A DNA stretch of 64,000 nt from contig NC_057719.1 in NCBI RefSeq assembly GCF_004010195.1, forward strand, positions 5,820,570 through 5,884,569, written 5' to 3'. How positions within the stretch are numbered: position 1 is the first letter of the stretch; the number at the start of each line of letters is the position of its first letter. This document shows positions 1 to 12,250 of this stretch, in pieces. The translations under genes were made by a program, and so were the position numbers. This stretch comes from Chiloscyllium plagiosum (taxonomy: Eukaryota). Below the pieces are notes generated by a model. That model searched no databases. It had not been told where the DNA came from and saw only the letters and a program-made list of their open reading frames with translations.

Positions 1-283
1 TACCTCATTTTTCCTCTGCTTATTTCCTTCTTAGTAATCCTCTGTTGCTCTTTAAAAGCTTCCCAGTCCTCAGTTTTCCCACTTATCTTTGCTATGTTAT
101 ACTTTTTCTCTTTTAACTTTATATGTTTCTTAACTTCCCTCGTCAGCCACGGCCGCCCATGCCTCCTCCTGGAATCTTTCTTCCTTTTAGGAATGAACTG
201 ATCCTGCAACTTCTGCATTATGCACAGAAATATCCGCCATTGTTCCTCCACGGTCATCCCTGCTAAGGTATTGCACCATTGAA
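1..283 (-). mobile_element. CR1 ORF2 fragment
   Basis: Homologous to the minus-strand CR1 segment near 49430-49700. Confidence 0.7.
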
Positions 284-569
284 CGTGTGTTTAAGCTTTT
301 ATACCTTCTGACCGATGGAAGAGTTTAGAAGAGATTATAACTGGGGTAAAAAGTGTACAATGTAGTTGCTCGAGGAGATAGCTGATTGCTGCTTTCTCAA
401 AGGCAACTAGTGAAGAATAATAAATGCATTACTCCCAGTTGATTTATTGCTGAGTTTGAAGCTGAGTGGTCTGCCTGATTTTATTCTAATTTTTGTAATG
501 ATTTGATTTAACTGGATTCATAGGCTGTTTCAGAGAACAATTAAGAGTGAATCACGTTGGTGTGGTTCT

Positions 570-631
570 CTAATAGGCCAGAATAGGTAAAGATGGTGAG
601 TCACTAATAGGCCAGAATAGGTAAAGGTGGT
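570..631. repeat. 28-bp tandem duplication (34-nt period)
   Basis: ctaataggccagaataggtaaag(a/g)tggt at 570-597 and 604-631. Confidence 0.9.
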
Positions 632-861
632 TCAAAAACACAGCAACAGCAGGTCTGGCAGAATATGTGAGAAGAAAGCAAATTTCATGTTTTAAGTCTG
701 GCGACTCTTCATCATTTTCATAGTTACTTGGCACCGTTACTTTCTAAGACTCCTCAGATATTGTAGTATTTTACTAATTTAAAAGTGAAATCATTTTACA
801 TATATTTCATTATTGCACGTTGTTTATCCTGCTAATTCTTCTTGTGTTGTATTCTATACAG

Positions 862-940
862 AAATTTAACAAGAGGAGTTACTCGCTTTCGAGAAATTTT
901 GAGGGCCGTGGAAACGAGGACCACACAGAATTTGCGGATG
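862..940 (+). CDS. TTC7B: TTC7B internal exon A (79 nt): NLTRGVTRFREILRAVETRTTQNLRM
   Basis: Acceptor tatacag ends at 861; donor GTGAGT at 941. The peptide matches my recollection of vertebrate TTC7B (TPR scaffold of the PI4KA complex) rather than TTC7A. Ends in phase 0, matching the next exon. Confidence 0.95.
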
Positions 941-1404
941 GTGAGTAACCAGACATGTTCCACAGTATTGGACACCATAAATAAATATGATGCCGATCTG
1001 GTACCTGCCACAGAGCTATGTACAGATTGTTTCCTCTATTAATCATTGGTTAATAGCCTGATGCTGAAATGGGCTACCTGGGCAGTATTGTCACATTCTA
1101 GCTAATTGCACTATATATCATTTTAGTCCAGAAAAGGAATTGATCCCCTATCTCCAATATTACTCCCCTCTGTAGCTGCTGGCATACAGTTCCAAGGTCA
1201 TTAGCTGTCTGCTGGCGCTTTGCCCACATTGTTGTTCATCTATCAACTTGTGTGTCAACAGGCTCTGCCATGAATAACATTATAGTTGAGTCAACATGCA
1301 ATTTCCAGCATGGGTCACTGGTTACTGCTGGCAGTCCATCTTCCATCCTTTATAAGTTGAACTGATTCAAAATTCTACTATCCAAACAAAACTTGCATTG
1401 ATTA

Positions 1405-2017
1405 AAAGCAAAGTGCTATAAATTCTGGAGAACTGAAACAGAAACAGAAAATGTTGGAGGAATTCGGCAGGTGTGGTAGCATCTGTGGTGAGAGTTCATA
1501 TCTCAAGTCCAATATGATTCCTTTTTGAAACTGCAGGGTGACGGGGTGGTGGTAGTGAAAAAAATACTTCCTTTTAATGCTATTGAAAGACATGGGGGAA
1601 ACAAGTGGAATGAGTGGCGATGCTGTCCAGAACCAAAAGCAAAGGGAGTAGAGAAGAAATATCAGTGTAAAATAGGTGTTCGTAGCAGCAGAATCACTTG
1701 AGGGCAAACCCCTGCCAGGAGAGGGGCTTGATGTAATGAAAATGAAGGACACTGATTGAACTTATTAAATTCAATGTTGAGTTTTGAAGACTAAATGTAT
1801 CTAATTAAGTGTTGCTCTATAGCTTGCATTGACCCTTGCCAGACATTTTGAACACCCTTATGATCCATTTCTCTTGCTCCCATTCCGCTTTGTCGATAAA
1901 TACAGTAATTTTCTAGCCTACTTCAGTTTCAAGGAAGTCATCTTGGACCTGAAACCTTCACTTTCTTTTCCTTTGTACAGATACTGCCACATGCTGAGCT
2001 TCTGCAGCACTTTCTAT
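1405..2017. mobile_element. Old PLE family 3 inverted arms with a ~390-nt spacer
   Basis: ~1405-1533 (ggcaggtgtggtagcatctgtg...aagtccaatatgattcc...gaaactg) is complementary to ~1924-2017 (cagtttc...gtcatcttggacctgaaac...acagatactgccacatgctgag). Confidence 0.5.
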
Positions 2018-2599
2018 ATTTCATGTATATCGAGTCCTGATCATCCATTCTGTGCTTGGAGACATGCAGCATTCAGTCCAACCACACCTCATTTTATAAT
2101 CTGCAATTTTCCAATCCCTCCATGACCATCCTTGTGACTTCCTTCAGCCCTACAGAATAAACTGCTGCTTGGTGGGTGTGATTTCAGTTGCTGAGCTTGG
2201 AATTCCTCTCCAAAGTTCTATTTTTCCCTCTCGCTTCCTTTAAGATGATCCTTAAAACGTGCCTCATTGAAGCTTTTGGTTGTCTGTCATAATGTGTCTC
2301 CGTAAGTGACTCTGTATTAAATTTATTCGCACAATATCCCATGAAGCACTTTGGGATATTTTAAAACATTAGAGAGGTACAAATGAATACAGGTTTTATG
2401 TTGATTTGAAATCAAGACAAGAGCCAAGCAAGGATCATTATTTTTATCTGAGAAAGACATAGAAATGTACAGCACAGAAACAGACCCTTTGGTCCAACTC
2501 ATCCATGCCGACCAGTTGTCCTAACCTAATCTGGTCCCATGTAGAATTAGAATTCGAATTCCTACAGTGTGTGTCAGGGTTGTGTGTAGGTTTAGCTTA

Positions 2600-3265
2600 G
2601 ATTTAGTTTAGATTCCCTACAGTGTGGAGACAGGCTCTTTGGCCCAACAAGACCACACCGACTCTCCAAAGAGTAACCCACCCAGACCCATTCCTCTACC
2701 CTATATTTACCCCTGACTAATGCATGGTGGCTCAGTGGTTAGCACTGCAGCCTCACAGCGCCAGGGACCCGGGTTCGATTCCAGCCTCGGGCGATTGTTT
2801 GTGTGGAGTTTGCACATTCTCTCTCTATCCGCGTGGGTTTCCTCCGGGTGCTCCAGTTTCCTCCCACAGTCCAAAAATGTGCAGTTTAGGTGACTTGGTC
2901 ATGCTAAATTGCCCATAGTGTTAGGTGAAGGGGTAAATGTAGGGGAATGGGTCTGGGTGGGTTGCTCTTCGGAGGGTCGGTGTGGACTTGTTGGGCCGAA
3001 GAGCCTGTTTCCACACTGTAGGGAATCTAAACTAAATCTAAGCTAAACCTACACACAACCCTGACTATTGTGGGCAATTCAGCATGGCCAATTCACCTAA
3101 CTTGCTCATCTTTGGATTGTGGGTGGAAACCAGAGCACCCGGAGGAAACCCATGCAGACATGGGGAGAATGTGCAAATTCCACACAGTCGCCTGAGGCTG
3201 GAATTGAACCCAGGTCGGTGGTGCTGTGAAGCAGCAGTGCTAATCACTGAGCCACCATGCCGCCC
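2600..3265 (-). mobile_element. Antisense V-SINE (HE1-like), split by the + copy and itself inserted in a CR1 3' end (~2455-3354)
   Basis: Head at ~3265-3190 on the minus strand, body 3041-3190, tail 2600-2723. Confidence 0.85.
2724..3040 (+). mobile_element. V-SINE (HE1-like) inserted inside an antisense V-SINE
   Basis: A box tggctcagtgg, B box ggttcgattcc, V-domain gtgggtttcctccgggtgctccagtttcctcccacagtcc, CR1-like tail and (a)atcta repeats. Confidence 0.9.
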
Positions 3266-3354
3266 TACATTTGCCAGCACTTGGCCCATATCCCTCTAAA
3301 CCCTTCCTGTTCATATACCCTTCCAGATGCCTTTTAAATGTTGCAATTGTACCA

Positions 3355-3854
3355 NNNNNNNNNNNNNNNNNNNNNNNNNNNNNNNNNNNNNNNNNNNNNN
3401 NNNNNNNNNNNNNNNNNNNNNNNNNNNNNNNNNNNNNNNNNNNNNNNNNNNNNNNNNNNNNNNNNNNNNNNNNNNNNNNNNNNNNNNNNNNNNNNNNNNN
3501 NNNNNNNNNNNNNNNNNNNNNNNNNNNNNNNNNNNNNNNNNNNNNNNNNNNNNNNNNNNNNNNNNNNNNNNNNNNNNNNNNNNNNNNNNNNNNNNNNNNN
3601 NNNNNNNNNNNNNNNNNNNNNNNNNNNNNNNNNNNNNNNNNNNNNNNNNNNNNNNNNNNNNNNNNNNNNNNNNNNNNNNNNNNNNNNNNNNNNNNNNNNN
3701 NNNNNNNNNNNNNNNNNNNNNNNNNNNNNNNNNNNNNNNNNNNNNNNNNNNNNNNNNNNNNNNNNNNNNNNNNNNNNNNNNNNNNNNNNNNNNNNNNNNN
3801 NNNNNNNNNNNNNNNNNNNNNNNNNNNNNNNNNNNNNNNNNNNNNNNNNNNNNN
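3355..3854. other. Assembly gap (500 N)
   Basis: N run. Confidence 1.
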
Positions 3855-4265
3855 GAGCTTTGCTGAATTTCTGCAGTGCATCTTGTAGGTGGTGCACACT
3901 GCTGCTACTGAGTGCCGGTGATTGAGGGAGTGGATGTTAGTGGATGTGGTGATCATTAAGTGGGCTGCTTTGGCCTGGCTGATGTCCAGCTTCTTGAATG
4001 TTGCAGCTGCACCCATCCAGGCAAGTGAGGAGTATTCCATCATATTTCTGACTTGTGCCATGCAGAGGGTGGACAGGTTTTGGGGAGTCAGGAGATGAGT
4101 TACTTGCTGCTGGATTTCTAGCTTCTCACCTGCTCTTGGAACCATTGTATTTATATAACTGATGTTTCAATACGATAGTTTTGAGTGTTAGAGTCATACA
4201 CCGAAAACTTATGTTTGTATAGAGCTTTTAATGTAATAAGACATCACAAGGTGTTTCACAGGAAT

Positions 4266-4388
4266 GAAGAAGGGCTTGTGCCCGAAACGTCGATTCTCCT
4301 GTTCCTTGGATGCTGCCTGACCTGCTGTGCTTTTCCAGCAACACATTTTCAGCTCTGATCTCCAGTATCTGCAGCCCTCACTTTCTCC
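4266..4388 (+). mobile_element. Solo PLE family 1 terminus
   Basis: Starts inside the hammerhead core (gaagaagggcttgtgcccgaaacgtc) and ends ...ctcactttctcc; TSD TGTTTCACAGGAAT at 4252-4265 and 4389-4402. Confidence 0.85.
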
Positions 4389-4410
4389 TGTTTCACAGGA
4401 ATACCATAAA

Positions 4411-4762
4411 GAGTGACACGGGGGCTCAGTGGTTAGCACTGCTGCCTCAGTGCCAGGGACTCTGGTTCAAATCCAGCCTCGGTTGACTGTTTGTGTGGAG
4501 TTTGCACATTCTCTCCTTGTCTGCATGAGTTTCTGCTTTAGTTTCCTCCCACAGTCCAAAGATCTGCAGGTTAGGTGGATTGACCATGCTAAATTGCCCT
4601 GTCATGTCCAGGGATGTGTAGCCTCGGTGAATTAGTCATACTACAATGCAGGATTGCAGGGATAGGCTTGGGGGTTGCGTTTGGGTGGGATGCTCTTCGG
4701 CAGGTCGATGCAGATTTGATGGGCTGAGTGGCCTCCTTCCATACTGTAGCAATTCTATGCTT
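4411..4762 (+). mobile_element. V-SINE (HE1-like)
   Basis: tRNA-like head, V-domain and CR1-type tail; diverged. Confidence 0.85.
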
Positions 4763-7261
4763 CTGTTAAACAAAATATGACATCTAGTCATGTAGATATT
4801 TAGACAGATATCTGCAAGCTCAGTCAAACAGTGCTTTAAAGGAGGAAAAAGAGGTGCAAAAGTAGATAGAATCATCTGGGGCTTAGGCTCTTGTTATGGG
4901 AAGTCACAGCACCTAATGCTGGAGTGTTTAAAATTGACCTTTCAGTGAATTGCCATCTTGATGCGGTGAAGGGACTTGAATGTTCACTTGATCGCATGAG
5001 CAATGTCTTCAGGAGTTCTCAACTGCTGGCAGGGCCACCTATGACAGTAATGTCAGAGAGGAGGAACCAGAAAAAGCGCAATCCACAATAAGTCATCAGT
5101 AGCAGTCCAGGCGAAAACACTTGCATGATATCAGTGGCTGCAGCAGTGGATGACGACCGTATTAGTTGGACAATCCTCAGTCATTGAGATTTCCTTACTA
5201 CTGAAACTGGATTTTATGTCAAGGATCATGTGTTTGCTGATGTTAAAAGTCGTCTAACACAAAGCATTTACCTAAAATAATGCAAACCCCTGACACACAG
5301 ACAACACAAACCCTGCGGTGATTGGCGAGAGATGACTGGAGCAGGAGTATGAGATCTGGAATTTTGTAGCTTTAGGCCAGTTCAAAAGCGGCTGTGTTTA
5401 ACTCAGTCATGTCACTCTTTGAATAGGAACAGGAGAGCATTTTGTCAGCTTTCTTCGTGACTGAGCAGCCCTCTTCAGGATCCACTCTGCTCACTCCACC
5501 CTGGGAAGGGGTCAGAAAAGGTATGCTAAAAATAATCTGTTCTGTTACAAATCTGGCTGAAAAACCACATCTAGCAGGCTCTATTTCCTGCAATTTGAAA
5601 ACGGAGCAAAACTCAAATCTCAGAACCCGGAATGTATGACAAACAAAATAATTGCCTGTAATGAAGAAGTGCCCATTTGGGCAGTTCAACATTGATATTG
5701 CTGCCCTCAAGGAGATGTGAAGAGCAGGTGAAGGGCAGTTCAGGAAAGAAGATGGTGGTCGCACCTTCTTCTGAAGAGCAAAACCTAAGGATCAACCTAG
5801 AGCATGTGGAATTGGATTAGCTATGAAGAATGAACTTATCAACCAACTCTCGAAGTTCTCTGTTAGCATCAGCAATTGTCTGTCTGTTCAAAACTTGCCA
5901 TGAACCAACATGCAATGGTTGTGAGTACTTGTGCTCTAACCCCTTGATGCCACAAATGAGTCCAACGAAGGCTTCTATTCCATTTTGGACACCATATTTA
6001 CCAAAATCCTGAATGAAAATATAATTAGCCTCCTTGGATACCTCAGTATCGGACAGAAAGGGTACCAATTCTGGGAAGGAACCATCAAAAAGGGAGGAGT
6101 TAGAAATTGGAGCACCAGTAGAATTCTCCTGCTCACCAAATGTGAGGAATGCCAGCTGGTCATCACTCACCCAGTGTTCTTCCATAAAAACAAAGTCAAG
6201 ACTTTCTGAAGGCATCCACAAACAAAGCACTGGCACGTGATTGACTACATCATCGTGCAAAAGGATGTTCTCATTACCAAAGTAATGACCAATAAATACA
6301 ACTGCTGGACAAACCATCATCTTACCTGCTCCTTGATGTCCATCGAATGCCACCAGAAACAGCTGAAAATGAACAAACAGCCTAGAAAAAGGCTCAACAT
6401 TGCACAGCTTCAAGAGTCGAGCAGACTCATGAGCTTCCAATCATGTTGACACCAAAATCTCTGAAGAATTCATTTTAATGGCGGAAATCTGGAAAGTGCT
6501 GAAGACATGCTGTGAAGAAACCATTGGCTGCAAGACCAAGAAACACCAAGACTGTTTCAATAAGAATGTTCGTATCCAAGATGCCATCAACAAGTAGAGG
6601 AAAGCTCTACATGTCTTTAAAAAAAAACACCAGTGAGGCAAACAGGTGAACTTCTCAAACAGTAAAGGTGGAGTTATAAAGAATGAGGAAAAACAAGAAC
6701 TGATGGTGATCTGAGAAAGCTAAGGAGCTGCAACTGCTTGATGACAAGCATGACAGCCATGGTTTCTTCAGTGCCACGGACCCAACACCTTCAGCCTCAA
6801 GCTGGTGCGGAGTAAGGCTGGCCCCCTGTTGAGAATTAGGAAAAACACCAGCCTGCAACAGGGAGAACGTTTTAAAGAACTCCTAAACTACAAGAAAATC
6901 ATCACCAAGGACATGTTTGAGGAAATCCCTCAGCTCCACGCTGAGGATGATCTTGAATTCCTACCTAGTGTGGTAGAAGTTTAAGGCACCATTAGACACA
7001 AGAAGAATGAAAAGGCCACAGAGTTAGATAGGATTCCAGCATCAAGAATGCTGCCATCACCACCGTTTTCAAGAAGGGAGACAAAGTGGACTGTGGGATC
7101 TATTGAGGAATCTCCCCATTGCCAGGAAAATCATCGCATGAATCCTCACTAGGCGCCGTCTCCCAGTCTCCAAGGAAAACCTTCCCGAGAGGCAGTGTGG
7201 CTTCTGAACAAACTGGAATTATGAGCATGATTTTCAGTACTTGGCAACTCCAAGAGAAATG

Positions 7262-7941
7262 AAAATGTGTTGCTGGAAAAGCGCAGCAGGTCAGGCAGCA
7301 TCCAAGGAGCAGGAGAATCGACGTTTCGGGCATGAACCCTTCTTCAGGAATGAGGAAAGTGTGCCAAGCAGGCTAAGATAAAAGGTAGGGAGGAGGGACT
7401 TGGGGGAGGGGCGTTGGAAATGCGATAGGTGGAAGGAGGTTAAGGTGAGGGTGATAGGCCGGAGTGGGNNNNNNNNNNNNNNNNNNNNNNNNNNNNNNNN
7501 NNNNNNNNNNNNNNNNNNNNNNNNNNNNNNNNNNNNNNNNNNNNNNNNNNNNNNNNNNNNNNNNNNNNNNNNNNNNNNNNNNNNNNNNNNNNNNNNNNNN
7601 NNNNNNNNNNNNNNNNNNGGTGCAGCGGATGCAGTAAATGATGTGTGTGGAGGTGCAGGTGAATTTGTGGCGGATATGGAAGCATCCCGTGGGGCCTTAG
7701 AGGGAAGTAAGGGGGGAGGTGTGGGCGCAAGTTTTGCATTTCTTGAGATTGCAGGAGAAAGTGCCGGGAGTGGAGGTTGGGTTGGTGGGGGTTATGGACC
7801 TGACGAGGGAGTCACGGAGGGAGTGGTCTTTTCGGAATGCTGATAGGGGAGGGGAGGGAAATATATCCCTGGTGGTGGGGTCCGTTTGGAGGTGGCGGAA
7901 ATGACGACGGATGATACGATGTATATGGAGGTTGGTGGGAC
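7262..7941 (-). mobile_element. 5'-truncated Penelope-like retroelement (Neptune-type Cys linker plus start of GIY-YIG endonuclease, then hammerhead-bearing terminus)
   Basis: Minus-strand peptides RHFRHLQTDPTTRDIFPSPPLSAFRKDHSLRDSLVRS..CNLKKCKTC and HKFTCTSTHIIYCIRC. Hammerhead core at 7320-7347 on the same strand. Flanked by the 17-bp direct repeat CAACTCCAAGAGAAATG (7245-7261, 7942-7958). Spans a 150-N gap. Confidence 0.85.
7469..7618. other. Assembly gap (150 N)
   Basis: N run. Confidence 1.
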
Positions 7942-9499
7942 CAACTCCAAGAGAAATGCCAGGAATAACACCAACCACTCTACGTGGCCTTCATCAACCT
8001 TACCAAGACTTTTGACTCAGTAATCGGAAAGCACTTTTAAAGATCCTTCCAAAAGGCCAGCTGTCCAGTGAAATTCATTAACATTCTCTGTCTTCACTAT
8101 GACAGATGGTCCTCACTGTAAAATGACACAATCCTTTGAGGTCAAGGAGGGAGGTTTCATCACCTACACAATTTTTTCCATCTTCGTTGTTGTCATTCTT
8201 CATCTTATCACGAACAGACTTTCCAGTGGTTTGGACATTATCTACAGGACGGATGGCAAACGTTGCCACCTTAACCAGTTGAAATCCAAGAAGAAAACGA
8301 CACTAACCTCACTTGCGTATGGATGACCGCATCATCTCTGCTCTCTTAGAAGAGAATCTTCAAACCTCACTTGATACCGAAGAATTAGTCTCAGCCTCCA
8401 CCTCAAGAAGACTCAAATCCTTTACCAACCTGTGCCAGGCAAAGTTGTGGTCCATCCCTCCATTAAGATCAACACATCCAGTCTGCAAGCGCCAACTTTG
8501 GATGGGAATCTTCAACAACTGTGACATCCATGTTGTTACCAAGATCTTTGTATATAAGGCTGCCATCCCTCCAACTCTTCTACTTGGCTGTCACAGACGC
8601 TACCTCAGGACACTTGAGAAGTATCATCAATGTTGCTTGAAACAGATTCCTCATATCAGCTGAGCAGACAGACATGCTAACATTGGTATCCTTGAAGTAG
8701 CTAATGGCTCCGGCATCAAAACCATGATAAATTGATACCAACTCCAGTGGGCTGGATACTTGCTTAAGATGCCTGGGTTCTGACTACCAAAGCAAACTTC
8801 TTCACCCAACTCAAGAAATGCACTTGAATGTGCAGAGGACACCTCGTTTCAAAGACTCCATGAAGGCTTCCCTGAAGAGATGCCAGAAGTCACATGACAT
8901 CAGGTTATAGTCCAGGTTTATTTGAAGTCACAAGGTTTTGGAGAATGCAACATCGATGTCAACACATGGGAGGTCCTGATTCAGAAGAAACCGACTTGGA
9001 TGAAAGTCCTGTACGAAGGCATACATTTCTTTGAAAACACCTGGTGACAAGATGACGAACTGGAGAAAGGAATATCAACAATCTCAAGGCCAAGGACCAA
9101 ATTCCACCTTCCAGAAACACTGACCAAATATGCAGTTGGAAATACACCTGTAGGACTGGGCTCACCAGCCACTCAACGACTCTCAGAACCCATGACCAGT
9201 GACATGGAGTTTCTTTGTGGACAGTTATACATGTTAGCAAGTGATTACTGATGATGGATTGAAATTGAGAACAATCAAGAGTCCACAATTAGAGGAGTGG
9301 AGATACCTTTGGTTTATTGAGGGACTTGAGGGTAATAGAGAGTAGTGACCAAGGACATGAATGAATTCCAAATTATAGACAATGACAGGACAGAAAAAGG
9401 CCGTTCAGCCCATTGTGCTCATACTGGCTGAGCTATCTAGATTCTGTGACAATTATTAGAAACGTTTTACATTTCTACACATATGCAAGCCTCATATGC

Positions 9500-10072
9500 A
9501 AGGATAGTGAAGAAGACATTTGGTATGCTTTCCTTTATTAGTCAGAGTATTGAGTACAGGAGTTGGGAGGTCATGTTGCGACTGTACAGGACATTGGTTA
9601 GACAACTTTCGGAATATTGTGTGTAATTCTGGTCTCCTTCCTATTGGAAGGATGTTGTGAAACTTGAAAGGGTTCAGGGAAGATTTACAAGGATGTTGCC
9701 CGGGTTGGAGGATTTGAGCTATAGGGAGAGGTTGAATAGGCTGGGGCTGTTTTCCCTGGAGCGTCGGAGGCTGAGGGGTGACCTTACAGAGGTTGATGAA
9801 ATCATGAGGAGCATGGATAGGGTAAATAGACAAGGTCTTTTCCCTGGGGTAGGTGAGTCCAGAACTAGAGGGCTTAGGTTTAAGGTGAGAGGGGAAAGAT
9901 ATAAAAGAGACCTAAAGGGCAACATTTTAACGCAGAGGGTGGTACATGTGTGGAATGGGCTGCCAGAGGAAGTGGTGGAGGCTGGTACAATTGCAACATT
10001 TAAAAGGCTTCTGGAAGGGTATATAAATAGGAAGAGTTTGGAGGGATATGGGCCAAGTGCTGGCAGGTGGGA
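9500..10072 (+). mobile_element. CR1 3' fragment
   Basis: LERVQGRFTRMLPGLEDLSYRERLNRLGLFSLERRRLRGDL. Confidence 0.92.
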
Positions 10073-10679
10073 CTTCTGCACACAGACCTCAGAGAACCTT
10101 GCAGGTAACGTTCTAGTCACTACTGTCTTTGGGCTAAGCTCCTATTCAGTTTGCAGTCAGGCAAATATGATTACTCAAACAAGAAGTTGGCAAGTAATAG
10201 GCACTTGATGGACCAAAATGGGCATCAACTTTGAGACAAGGAGAAAGAGTGAAGGAATTAAAAATGTTCGAAATCTGGGAATGATTTTAAGATTCCCATC
10301 TGAATTAACCAAGGGCAGAGCTATAATATGACCAACATAAAGGATCTGATTATACCATTTGTACATTACTATAGTCACTCCTTATGTTCCAAGCAAGCTT
10401 ACTGTCAAATTCTAGTTTCCACTTCTTAATCCATTCCTGGGTGGTCCTCTTCTCTTTGCACGCTTGCACTAGACAGGAGTAAACAATTTTTGTAGTTTGC
10501 CACTCCAGATTGCAAACACAGGAGGATCTGGAAATATGTGTGTAGTGTTTGTCATCTTCCAAAATTTATTAGACTTTGGAACAGTCTCACAAGATTGGAA
10601 GGTGGCGAATATAATATAATGCTTTTTTTTAAAAAAAAGGTGGGGAAAGTGGAGAGAAAACTGGGAATTGTAGACCAGT

Positions 10680-11300
10680 TCATAGAGTCATAGAGATGTA
10701 CAGCATGGATACAGATCCTTCTGACCAACTCGTCCATGCCGACCAGGTATCCTTAATTAATCTCGTTCCGTTTCCTGACATTTGACCCAAATCCCTCCAA
10801 TTCCTGAAGAAGGGCTTTTGACTGAAATGTCAATTTTCCTGCTCCTTGGATGCAGCCTGACCTGTGCTTTTCCAGCACTACATTCTTTAACCATATCCCT
10901 CAAAACCCTTCCTATTTATACAGCTATCCAATTAAATATTGTAATTGTACTAGTCTCCACCACTTCCTGTGCCGACTCATTCCATACACGCAAGACCCTC
11001 TGTGTGAAAAAGTTGCCCTTCAGGTCCCTTTTAAATCTCTCCCCTTTCACTTTAATCGTATGCCCTCTAGTTTTGGTCTCCCCAAATCCAGAGAAAAGAC
11101 CTTATCCATGCCCCTCATGATTTTGTAAACGTCTATAAGGTTACCCCTCAGCCTCCGACGCTCCAGGGAAAACAGCCCCTGCCTATTCAGTCTCTCCCTG
11201 TAGCTCAAGCCCTCCAATCCTGGCAACACCCTTGTAAATCTTTTCTGAACCCTTTCAAGTCTCACAACATCTTTCCTGTAGCAGGGCGATCAGGATTTAA
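10680..11300 (-). mobile_element. CR1 3' fragment
   Basis: LERVQKRFTRVLPGLEGLSYRERL on the minus strand; ctctatgactctatg tail. Confidence 0.9.
10800..10890 (+). mobile_element. Decayed PLE family 1 terminus inserted in CR1
   Basis: attcctgaagaagggcttttgactgaaatgtc...gatgcagcctgacctg; imperfect direct repeats ccaaatccctc / ccatatccctc on either side. Confidence 0.75.
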
Positions 11301-11328
11301 TGCATTAAACCAGTTAGCCTATCATCAG

Positions 11329-12250
11329 TGTTATGAAGGTATAGGTGTATACTGTACCTTTAAGAGAGAGTGAAAGCTAGAAAGGACTATGTGAAAGCAC
11401 AGAATGTGCTAAACAATTTAAAAATGTAAACATTTGGTTGTGAAACAAATAGCTGGAGCTGTGTTGCCATGGTACACAACAAATTTGAATTGGGCCAATC
11501 AGTTTAAATTATGCTCGGAGATACCAAAATCGAATTGAATTTGAATTTTAATGTTTTGATGACATCAAAACAATGAGACGGTCCGATGTTTTGGAGTATA
11601 TAAAGTCAGATGTTTTGAACAGTTAGCCAGAGCGGCAAAGAGCACCAATAAAAATACGGCCTGCAGAGCCTCTCTCTGAAAGGTACCTTTTCATATGAAA
11701 TTTGTGAAGCTGACTTACATCTGCCCTACATCTCATTCCCAAACATTTAATCATTAACGATTAGCTAATGGGAAAAGCTTTTCTTCATTTCAGTCTCAAT
11801 CTTTAGATAAGCACTTATAGATGTTGATGGGATAGTGTAGGGGGATGGGCTTAGATTAATTCACAGGTCAGCGCAACATCGAGGGCTGATGGGCCTGTTC
11901 TGCGCTGTAATGTTCTAAGACCGAAGAAAAGACCCAGAAAAGTACAGACGAAGATACCAAGGAAAAAATGACAACTGACTGGTTTTGAAATTTGATATTT
12001 TTTGTTAAACTTAATCAGGGGTTTTTATCGGATCAGTATATTGTTGCAGAGTGGGAGATACATAAATTGATCAGACAAAGGAGGATTACAGCGTAGATAG
12101 TTGGTGTTCATTGTTGTTGTGTTTCTTAGAATTAATGAATAAATTGTTAAATGTTTTTCTTTACATAGAGGGGTTTTTGTAGTTGTTGGTCACTCATACT
12201 TTAACAGATTACGATGTGAGGTGAGCTTTTCTGTGTGTCTGGTTTAATGT
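11329..12250 (+). mobile_element. Possible solo LTR-like element
   Basis: Starts TGTTATG...gtacctttaagagag, then CCAAT (~11495), TATA (~11597) and AATAAA (~11647, ~12138). The 3' CA end and TSD were not identified. Confidence 0.3.

Larger units (their letters stand above)
5600..9200 (+). mobile_element. Degenerate near full-length RTE-clade LINE
   Basis: Frameshifted APE motifs (TRNV, NIDIAAL, SKHWHVIDYIIV, CWTNHHL) and RT motifs (QLQEKC, PLYVAFINLTKTFDSV, LEKYHQCCLKQI, LQWAG). Interrupted by the PLE at 7262-7941 and a family 2 fragment at ~8886-8943. Confidence 0.8.

Noticed and set aside
3240..4145. Long ORFs of 179-301 aa
   Set aside because: They run through a 500-N gap and join fragments of two different LINEs.
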